Source of the DNA: Candidatus Levyibacteriota bacterium
GTDB taxonomy: Bacteria > Patescibacteriota > Microgenomatia > Levybacterales > GWA1-39-11
Assembly: GCA_041910135.1 (NCBI GenBank)
Contig: JAYRRJ010000107.1
Location: 1 to 31,732 of the forward strand
Direction of reading: 5' to 3'
DNA length: 31,732 nucleotides
Of this stretch, positions 24,660-31,732 are shown piece by piece (position 1 is the stretch's first letter; the number at the start of each line of letters is the position of its first letter). The notes beneath the pieces are model-generated. The model was not told the origin of the DNA, made no database searches, and saw only the letters and a list, made by a program, of their open reading frames with translations. Both the position numbers and the translations under genes were made by a program.

Positions 24660-27023
24660 ATGTATTACAGCAGGCTTAGAAGGACGTCTCAAAGACGACG
24701 GTCTTCATTCTTTTCCACCAAGGCAGCTTTTTTAGAAGCACGGCTTGCGAAATTCGCATTCTTCGGGCTTATTGGTATTATTGTCTTGGGGTTTTTATAT
24801 GTTCTGTGGGTGAGCCGTGATTTGCCGACACCCGGAAGGCTTGCTAACGGCAACATAAAGGATTCGACCCGTATTCTTGACAAGAACGGGAAGCTCCTTT
24901 ACTCTTTTTATAAGGATTACAACCGTATTTATGTTCCTCTGGATCAAATTCCCCAAAATTTAAGAAACGGCACTATTGCCACTGAGGATAAAGACTTTTA
25001 CCGCAATAAAGGTTTTTCGTTGACGGGAATGTTTCGAGGAGTAATTCTCGACCCGCTTTTTAGAAAGCGTGCTACGGGAGGCTCTACTATTACACAGCAG
25101 TTAGTAAAAATTGCACTTCTCACTTCTGAAAGAAGTATTACCCGTAAGTTGAAAGAATTGATACTTGCAGTCCAGGTCGATAGCAGGTATTCAAAAGATC
25201 AGATACTTGAGATGTATCTAAACAACATTCCTTACGGAGGAACCGCTGTTGGAATTGAAGCGGCGAGTAACTTGTACTTCAACAAGCACGCAAAAGATTT
25301 GACTCTTGCCGAAAGCGCATTTCTTGCAGGTCTTCCGCAGCTGCCGACGTATTATTCACCTTATTCTAATCCGGATAAGACATACATCGGCCGTTCTGAG
25401 GATGTCTTGAATAGGATGAAAAGCGAAGGATATATCTCTCAAAAACAAGTTGATGAAAGCCTTAAGACTATTAAAGAATTCACTTTCAAAGAGCGCCGCA
25501 CAGAAGCGATAAAAGCTCCCCATTTTGTGATGTACGTTAGGCAACAGGTAGCAGATATGTTCGGAGAAAATTACGTAAACAATGGGAATCTTACCATTAA
25601 GACTACCCTTGATTCGGACATCCAAAGCGATGCCGAGGATATCGTCAGCAAAGAATTTGAGAACTTCAAAAATTACAAAGTAAAAAATGCAGCCGTTATG
25701 GTTTTGAATGTTAAGACCGGAGGTATTCTGGCAATGATAGGAAGCCGAGATTATTTTAATGAAGACATTGATGGTCAATTCAACGCAGCCACCTCTCTTC
25801 GTCAACCGGGTTCGTCTCTCAAGCCCATTATGTATGCCACTGCCTTTGAAAAAGGTTACACTCCCGCTACACTTGTCATGGATGTAAAAACTGACTTTCC
25901 GGTCAATGACGGGACAGGGAACAATAATGTCTACACACCCGTAAACTACGATGGAAAATACCGGGGGCCTGTACAATTACGGTTTGCTTTAGGAAATTCG
26001 CTCAACGTTCCGGCTGTTAAAATGCTTGCCAGGGTAGGTGTTAAACCTGTCATGCAAAAAGCATATGACATGGGAATTTCAAATTGGGAGCCAACGAATG
26101 ATCACTTAAAGAATGTCGGACTGTCTCTGGTTCTTGGAGGACGAGAAGCTTCTTTGGTTCAGATAACCTCAGCATATTCGGTTTTTGCCAGGGCAGGACA
26201 AAAGAAAGAAACGTTCGGTATTGAGGAGGTAGACGATACACATGGGAAAGTATTATACAAACATCAAGACAAAGGTGAGCAGCAGATCCTCTCGAAGGAA
26301 GTTTCATTTTTAATTTCTCATATTTTGCTTGACAATAATGCAAGAGCGGACGCATTTGGCTCAAGTTCGTGGCTTGTTGTGCCGGGTAGAACCGTTGCGG
26401 TTAAGACAGGAACAACCGACCAAAAACGCGACAACTGGACTATCGGATATACTCCCTCGTATGCTGTGGGCGTATGGGTGGGAAACAATGATAACACTCC
26501 ACTCGACCCGAGGATTGCATCCGGTATTACGGGAGCGTCTCCTATATGGAATAAGGTTATGAGCAGGGTTTTGAAAGGAACCCCGAAAGAGGAATTTCAA
26601 AAACCTGACAATGTCATTGACAAACAAATCGATGCATTCTCCGGCGGACTTCCAATTGACGGTCAGTCAACTCGCGTTGAATATTTTGTAAAAGGAACCG
26701 AGCCTACAACCAAGTCGCCTGTCTATAAGACACTCAAGATGTCAAGGCATGATGGGGGGAAACTTGCTTCAGACGAAGAGATGTCAAGAAATGATTATGA
26801 CACTATGGATGTAATTAATTTCATTGAGGATGACCCTGTTTCAACAGATGGAAAAAATAGATGGCAGGAGGCAATTGACGCGTGGGTTGGAGAACACTAT
26901 AAAGACGATGGAAAATACAAAAGACCAACGGAAAAGTCTAATTATCATTACGACAATAACAATAATAATCCGACACCTACTCCCACTCCAACTGAAAGTC
27001 CGACACCTACTCCAACTCCTTGA
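24660..27023 (+). CDS. Class A (bifunctional) penicillin-binding protein, PBP1A family
   Basis: TM anchor, transglycosylase motifs ATEDKDFY, GGSTITQQLVK, RKLKE, LEMYLN, and transpeptidase motifs SSLK (SxxK), SLN (SxN), KTGT. Start ATG 24660 preferred over the ORF-track start inside the NUDIX gene. Confidence 0.95.
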   Translation: MYYSRLRRTSQRRRSSFFSTKAAFLEARLAKFAFFGLIGIIVLGFLYVLWVSRDLPTPGRLANGNIKDSTRILDKNGKLLYSFYKDYNRIYVPLDQIPQNLRNGTIATEDKDFYRNKGFSLTGMFRGVILDPLFRKRATGGSTITQQLVKIALLTSERSITRKLKELILAVQVDSRYSKDQILEMYLNNIPYGGTAVGIEAASNLYFNKHAKDLTLAESAFLAGLPQLPTYYSPYSNPDKTYIGRSEDVLNRMKSEGYISQKQVDESLKTIKEFTFKERRTEAIKAPHFVMYVRQQVADMFGENYVNNGNLTIKTTLDSDIQSDAEDIVSKEFENFKNYKVKNAAVMVLNVKTGGILAMIGSRDYFNEDIDGQFNAATSLRQPGSSLKPIMYATAFEKGYTPATLVMDVKTDFPVNDGTGNNNVYTPVNYDGKYRGPVQLRFALGNSLNVPAVKMLARVGVKPVMQKAYDMGISNWEPTNDHLKNVGLSLVLGGREASLVQITSAYSVFARAGQKKETFGIEEVDDTHGKVLYKHQDKGEQQILSKEVSFLISHILLDNNARADAFGSSSWLVVPGRTVAVKTGTTDQKRDNWTIGYTPSYAVGVWVGNNDNTPLDPRIASGITGASPIWNKVMSRVLKGTPKEEFQKPDNVIDKQIDAFSGGLPIDGQSTRVEYFVKGTEPTTKSPVYKTLKMSRHDGGKLASDEEMSRNDYDTMDVINFIEDDPVSTDGKNRWQEAIDAWVGEHYKDDGKYKRPTEKSNYHYDNNNNNPTPTPTPTESPTPTPTP
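26959..27020 (+). repeat. Low-complexity coding repeat (Asn run plus Pro-Thr tail)
   Basis: NNNNNPTPTPTPTESPTPTPTP, with ccgacacctactcc occurring twice in the DNA. Confidence 0.8.
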
Positions 27024-27055
27024 CAGATACACCCTCAATGGGGTTCACTTAAAGT

Positions 27056-28093
27056 ATGGGGATGTTTGATTTCTTGGGCATAAAACAGGAGAATCCTTCA
27101 GAGGAAAACACGGTAGAAGCCATTGATGTAGGGGGTAAAGTAAAAAGCGAAATATTCGTTCGCTTTGAAAAAAACCCTCTCATTTCGCCCGACCCGGATG
27201 TGTCATGGAAATCATTTGCAACATTTAATCCTGCCGCTATTTTTTTGGAAGGAAAGGTGCATCTCCTCTATCGTGCCCAAGGCGAAAATAAGGTTTCGAC
27301 TTTTGGCTATGCTTCAAGTGATGACGGATTTACGTTCTCCGACTTCTCAAGCGAGCCGGCATATATTCCCCGAGCACCATTTGAGATGATGACGACGCCC
27401 GGTTGGAATTCGGGATGCGAGGACGCACGAATAACAAAAATAAACGGGAGGCTTTACCTAACGTATACCGCTTATGACGGGTCAAATCCGCCCCGAGTTG
27501 CTCTTTCATCGATATCCGTTTCAGATTTTTTGGATAAAAAATGGAATTGGACAATGCCCAAATTAATCTCACCGCCCGGTGTAGATGACAAAGACTGCTG
27601 CATTATTGAAAAAGCAAAAGGTGCGGGTCTCGTAGCCTTTCACAGGCTCGGAAATGTTATTTGGCTTGATAGCCTGAGGGATTTAAATTTTCCACGAGAG
27701 AAATATTTGACCGGAGGGATTATGGCGCAGGCGAGGCCTGATTTTTGGGATAATGTAAAAATTGGCATTGCTTCTCCGCCTATCGAAACCCCCCGCGGTT
27801 GGCTTCTTTTCTATCATGCTGTTTCAAATCCGGGATTTGTTTACAAAATAGGGGCAATGCTTTTAGATTTTGATGACCCGAGAATTATTCTCATGCGAAG
27901 CACCCACCCATTGCTTGAGCCGCAAATGCAATACGAGAAAGAAGGCCAAGTAGCAAACATTGTATTTTCTTGCGGGGCAGTTGTTCTGAACAATACTGTT
28001 TTTCTGTACTATGGAGGAGGAGACAAAGTTGTTTGTCTTGCGACAATGGGTCTTACCTCTGTCCTTGATTCTCTTGAAAGATTCCGCGCCTAG
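27056..28093 (+). CDS. GH130 / DUF377-like glycosidase or glycoside phosphorylase (five-bladed beta-propeller)
   Basis: RFEKNPLI, FNPAA, LLYRA, GCEDARI, DDKD, PPIETPRGWLLFYH, YKIGAMLLD, IVFSCG, LYYGGGD. Confidence 0.85.
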   Translation: MGMFDFLGIKQENPSEENTVEAIDVGGKVKSEIFVRFEKNPLISPDPDVSWKSFATFNPAAIFLEGKVHLLYRAQGENKVSTFGYASSDDGFTFSDFSSEPAYIPRAPFEMMTTPGWNSGCEDARITKINGRLYLTYTAYDGSNPPRVALSSISVSDFLDKKWNWTMPKLISPPGVDDKDCCIIEKAKGAGLVAFHRLGNVIWLDSLRDLNFPREKYLTGGIMAQARPDFWDNVKIGIASPPIETPRGWLLFYHAVSNPGFVYKIGAMLLDFDDPRIILMRSTHPLLEPQMQYEKEGQVANIVFSCGAVVLNNTVFLYYGGGDKVVCLATMGLTSVLDSLERFRA

Positions 28094-28138
28094 TCTTTTT
28101 TGCTCGCTTCAAAACAGTTAATTTGCTATAGTAATAGT

Positions 28139-28936
28139 ATGTTACGAAAGGCTGTAGTCGTTCTATTTCTACTCTTATTTTTTCTTCCGTTACCTTCTCT
28201 TTATGCTCAGTCCCCAACTCCGCGTCAAGAAGTGGATGGCGCTGCGACTTTAGGTGTAGCCCATATGGTGGAAGTCGCCAAGAAGGACGTGCCGGATGGG
28301 AGCATCCTTTCTTCCGGTTCGAAAGGAGCGGTACAAACTGTTATTCCTTACGATTCACAGACGCTCGGTGTGGTGTCGCGAGACGCAGCAATAATTTTTA
28401 GTACCAAAAACGACGCAAATCAGGTTCCGGTTATTTCCACCGGCGCGGTTTATGTGCTCGTTTCTTCGAGAGATGGAAATATTAAGAAGGGAGATCTTCT
28501 TACATCCTCAACAATTCCCGGCGTTGCAGTGAAGGCCACCAAGGAAGGGTTTGTTTTGGGAAGCGCGATGGAAGATTACTCAAATACCGATAAGAAAAAA
28601 ATAGATAAGATTGCGGTCAACCTTGACCTGCATTACTTTAATTCAAAACCAACATTTCCAGGTACGCTTTCCGACGTTTTTAAGCTGGTTTTGCTGCCAA
28701 CAAAAGAAGGTCCGAATCCTGTTTTCAAATACATAATGGCGGGGCTCGTTGTGCTGGGTTCGATGATTCTTGCCTTCCTAAGCTTTGGACGGGCAGCAGC
28801 AAAAGGCGTGGAAGCGTTGGGACGCAATCCGGCAGCAAGCCGGATAATTCATTTGGGGATTATCTTCAACGTTACAATTGTTGTTGCTATAGCGGCAGCG
28901 GGCCTTGTTGTTGCTTTTTTAATACTTCGTTTGTAA
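28139..28936 (+). CDS. Exported beta-rich domain fused to an ATP-synthase c-subunit-like C-terminal hairpin
   Basis: Signal peptide (LYA-QS), soluble domain with GNIKKGDLLTSSTIPGVAVKA, then two TM helices around GVEALGRNP, resembling the c-subunit R(N/Q)P loop. ATG 28139 is 6 nt after TGc-TATAGT. Confidence 0.75.
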   Translation: MLRKAVVVLFLLLFFLPLPSLYAQSPTPRQEVDGAATLGVAHMVEVAKKDVPDGSILSSGSKGAVQTVIPYDSQTLGVVSRDAAIIFSTKNDANQVPVISTGAVYVLVSSRDGNIKKGDLLTSSTIPGVAVKATKEGFVLGSAMEDYSNTDKKKIDKIAVNLDLHYFNSKPTFPGTLSDVFKLVLLPTKEGPNPVFKYIMAGLVVLGSMILAFLSFGRAAAKGVEALGRNPAASRIIHLGIIFNVTIVVAIAAAGLVVAFLILRL

Positions 28937-29053
28937 TGGCAAATGTTATGGGATGAAAACTTTTTAAGAGCATGACTTACTACAGGCTTGTCAGCTTCAA
29001 ATTAGTTTCTTGCCCCTTCACATTTGCCAAAAATTCCCCTACTATATATGTAT

Positions 29054-29788
29054 ATGCCTGCCCTGCTCTTTCAGGTTATAACTGTAGTGTTTGACCTCTC
29101 GGTCATAGTTTTCGTTGCAGTGTACGTATTGGGTGTCAGGAAGAAGGAACGCGATGCTAATAGAAAAGAAGGAAAAATTGAACATGATTACCAAGCTGTT
29201 GTCGAACAAAGCAGAACAACAGAGCGGCAAATAATTGATAACGCCGTGTCTCAATCAAACCAAATGATGCAAGTTGCAACACATCAAGCAAATCAAATTC
29301 TCGCCGGTACTCAATTTATAACCCAGTCAACAAAAGCCACACTCGATGCGGCTTTGCAAAAAATGGTTGTTGAGGTGCAAAACACAGGCTCCAACTCAAA
29401 AATTGCACTTGAACAAAACCTCCAAAAAATTATTAACGATGTTCACAAGGAAGCATTCAACTCCGGAAACGAGGCGGCTTCCAATTATCAGGCATCATTG
29501 CGTCAAATAACTTCTGTTTCTTTAACCGGGTTTCAGAATGTTACAAACCAGCTTGAGTTGTCCCTCCAACAGCAAATAAAAGAGTTTAGAACCACCCTTC
29601 TTTCAAATTTGGAAAAAGAGATGGAAAGTTATAAATTGTCAAAAATTCATAGGATTGACCAGGCTGCAAGCATAATTGTGCAACGAGTAGCTCAGGAAGT
29701 TCTGAATAAATCCTTGAGCCTAGAAGATCATCAAAACCTCGTAATCCAATCTCTTGAAAAAGCAAAAAAGGAAGGAGTATTTGACTGA
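29054..29788 (+). CDS. ATP synthase b-subunit-like protein (elongated)
   Basis: N-terminal TM helix, long coiled coil, C-terminal VAQEVLNKSLSLEDHQNLVIQSL resembling a b C-terminus, upstream of delta- and alpha-like genes. Start chosen from TTCACA-17-TACTAT (29017-29045). Confidence 0.7.
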   Translation: MPALLFQVITVVFDLSVIVFVAVYVLGVRKKERDANRKEGKIEHDYQAVVEQSRTTERQIIDNAVSQSNQMMQVATHQANQILAGTQFITQSTKATLDAALQKMVVEVQNTGSNSKIALEQNLQKIINDVHKEAFNSGNEAASNYQASLRQITSVSLTGFQNVTNQLELSLQQQIKEFRTTLLSNLEKEMESYKLSKIHRIDQAASIIVQRVAQEVLNKSLSLEDHQNLVIQSLEKAKKEGVFD

Positions 29789-29815
29789 AATCCTTAAATT
29801 TGAGGATTATGGAAT

Positions 29816-30349
29816 ATGGAAACAATTGATTTGTCAGATCTATTTCACACCAAAGCTCAGGCGGATGATTTTTCCTTTAGGTTAGCTGAAATTGGAAAAA
29901 AGCTTTTTGAGACCAATTTTAATCCCGAGAGCGCTTTACTTGAACACTTTGGTATTAAGAAAAAAGATACATTCATGACACTTCTTCGTAATAATAACGT
30001 AAATCCCGAGTCCAGACTTGCAATTAAGGAGTTTATAGAAAAAATTCAGCAAAAAATATCCTCTCTGTCCGTTCTTTCAATCATTCTCGCTTTTGAACCG
30101 AATGAAGCAATTCTCCGGTCGTTATCCGCTTGGTTCGTGCTTAATACAAAAAAACAGGTTCTTTTTGATATTTCGGTTGATAAAGGGCTTATCGGGGGTG
30201 CTGCTATATACTCAAACGGAAAATATTTGGATTTTTCTATCCGTTCGGCTTTCTTTACCGCGGCAAACGAAATTTCGGTTATGAACGGCTTGGTTGGGTC
30301 CGGTGAACAAAACAAAACGGCGCTTTCCAAGGCAGTCAGCTCGTCATGA
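29816..30349 (+). CDS. ATP synthase delta (OSCP)-like protein
   Basis: C-terminal VDKGLIGGAAIYSNGKYLDFSIR matches the delta/OSCP motif (VDPSLIGG...D.S.R). The N-terminal half is divergent. Confidence 0.75.
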   Translation: METIDLSDLFHTKAQADDFSFRLAEIGKKLFETNFNPESALLEHFGIKKKDTFMTLLRNNNVNPESRLAIKEFIEKIQQKISSLSVLSIILAFEPNEAILRSLSAWFVLNTKKQVLFDISVDKGLIGGAAIYSNGKYLDFSIRSAFFTAANEISVMNGLVGSGEQNKTALSKAVSSS

Positions 30350-31732
30350 ATAATGAATTTCAGACACTTTTACAGAAAGCCGGTGAATACGGTATAGTCT
30401 ATCAGGTAAGTCATCCTATTGTTTTTATTGAAGGCTTGCCAAAAGTAAAAACTCACGAGGTTATACTATTTGAGACCGGACAAAAAGCAGAGGTGTTCAC
30501 CATTAACAGAGGCAAGATTGAGGCCAGGGTTTTTTCGCATGAACCCGTCAGGGTTGGCACCATGGTGACGCGTACCGGGCAAATTCTTGCGGTACCTGTC
30601 GGAAACGAGCTTTTGGGGCACACCATAAATCCCCTCGGGGAGCCTCTCGACCCTTCTGTTAAATACACCAAGCCTGCTGCATCCCGAGACATGGATGCAA
30701 AACCAATAGGAATCTCAGGAAGGCAAAAGATTACGAAACATTTGGTCACGGGCATTTCTCTCATCGATCTTCTCGTGCCTTTGGGCCGTGGTCAGCGGGA
30801 GCTTATTATCGGAGATAGAAAGACGGGGAAGACATCGGTTCTTATGACCACGATAAAGAGCCAAATTTTCGAAGGAAACGTTGTTATATATGGGGCAATT
30901 GCAAAAAAGAAAAGTGATATTAAAAGACTTCAGGAATTTTTCGAGGAGGAAAAAATCATGGATAAAATTATCATTGTTGCTACAAGCTCGTATGACTCGC
31001 CCACCCTTATTTATCAGACTCCCTATGCTGCGATGACAATTGCGGAATATTTTAGGGACCAGGGAATAAATACGATAGTTGTCCTCGACGACCTTTCAAA
31101 TCACGCAAAATTTTACCGCGAATTGTCTCTTCTGGCACGCCGATTCCCGGGGCGTGATTCGTATCCGGGAGATATTTTTTATGCCCATTCCAAATTGCTT
31201 GAGAGGGCCGGAAATTTCAAGCACCCAAAAACGGGAGAGGTCGCAATAACATGTCTTCCGGTTATTGAAATTATTGAAGGTGATTTTACCGGATATATCT
31301 CCACCAATGTTATGGGAATTACCGATGGACACATTTATCTTGACGCGAATATCTATTATCAAGGCATGCGCCCGGCCGTAAACATTCCACTTTCGGTTAC
31401 AAGGGTCGGAAGACAGACATTGGACAAGTTGTCTCGGGACATTAATAAAGACCTTACCGCGTTTCTTACCGAGTACAACAGGCTCCAAAATATCTCCCAT
31501 TTCGGGCAAGAGTTAACGGATGATGTAAAAAAGAACCTGCGTCTTGGGGAGTTGATAAATAAATTCTTCAGCCAACCGTATGAAGAAATAATTCCGCAGA
31601 AAGTACAGATTGTTATTATTTCTCTTATTCTTCAAAATGTTATTCAAACGAAAGAAGAACTTGAGGAAACGAAAAAATTTCTTATTGCCATATACTACGA
31701 CCGGGCGAGACAAAAAATACTGTATGATATTA
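30346..31732 (+). CDS. atpA: F1 ATPase alpha-subunit homolog, divergent, truncated by the window end (absent from the ORF track)
   Basis: Translated by hand from ATG 30346 (ATGA overlap): MNNEFQTLL..., VPVGNELLGHTINPLGEPLD, LVPLGRGQRELIIGDRKTGKT (Walker A), VVLDDLSNHAKFYRELSLLARRFPGRDSYPGDIFYAHSKLLERAG, STNVMGITDGHIYL, RPAVNIPLSVTRVG. No stop before 31732. Confidence 0.92.
   Translation, partial: MNNEFQTLLQKAGEYGIVYQVSHPIVFIEGLPKVKTHEVILFETGQKAEVFTINRGKIEARVFSHEPVRVGTMVTRTGQILAVPVGNELLGHTINPLGEPLDPSVKYTKPAASRDMDAKPIGISGRQKITKHLVTGISLIDLLVPLGRGQRELIIGDRKTGKTSVLMTTIKSQIFEGNVVIYGAIAKKKSDIKRLQEFFEEEKIMDKIIIVATSSYDSPTLIYQTPYAAMTIAEYFRDQGINTIVVLDDLSNHAKFYRELSLLARRFPGRDSYPGDIFYAHSKLLERAGNFKHPKTGEVAITCLPVIEIIEGDFTGYISTNVMGITDGHIYLDANIYYQGMRPAVNIPLSVTRVGRQTLDKLSRDINKDLTAFLTEYNRLQNISHFGQELTDDVKKNLRLGELINKFFSQPYEEIIPQKVQIVIISLILQNVIQTKEELEETKKFLIAIYYDRARQKILYDI

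Noticed and set aside
24638-24679. 13-codon upstream ORF (MPYRISQYVLQQA) overlapping the PBP start
   Set aside because: Its ATG lies only 2 nt after the TACAAT -10 box (24630-24635), so it is probably not within the transcript.
25356-25976. 206-aa antisense ORF and the many other 60-150 aa shadow ORFs within long genes
   Set aside because: They lie fully antisense or out of frame to well-supported CDSs and have no recognisable motifs. They are expected by-products of codon bias.
28139-28936. Canonical atpE (c subunit)
   Set aside because: It is more than three times too long, has a signal peptide and lacks the essential carboxylate, so it is reported as a c-like fusion instead.
28937-29053. 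Small ORF or ncRNA between the c-like and b-like genes
   Set aside because: Only very short or compositionally unconvincing ORFs, and no clear stable structure.

Overview
Bacterial chromosomal window, probably from a Patescibacteria (CPR)/Microgenomates-type genome. That assignment is inferred from protein styles and the near-absence of Shine-Dalgarno motifs, not from a database search. Left (+): a type IV pilus locus with seven pilin-like genes, prepilin peptidase pilD, pilM and pilN/pilO-like genes. Middle (-): housekeeping run tyrS, a 33-aa membrane peptide, recG, rpmF, nusB, rnc ... rpsP, khpA, trmD. Between rnc and rpsP sits a ~10.5 kb three-gene block: a ~1995-aa protein of about ten degenerate repeats, a translationally coupled SNF2-type ATPase fused to a C-terminal class I SAM methyltransferase, and a divergent methylpurine-DNA-glycosylase (MPG/AAG)-like protein. 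Right (+): NUDIX hydrolase, class A PBP, GH130-like glycosidase and an atypical F-type ATPase-like cluster (an exported domain fused to a c-subunit-like hairpin without the proton-binding carboxylate, a long b-like protein, a delta-like protein and a divergent alpha running off the window). Many genes have a -10 hexamer 6-10 nt before the ATG, suggesting leaderless mRNAs. The clearest exception is the rpmF-nusB-rnc leader, a ~75-nt hairpin built of 7-bp repeats. No rRNA, tRNA, CRISPR array, transposase or integrase was recognised.
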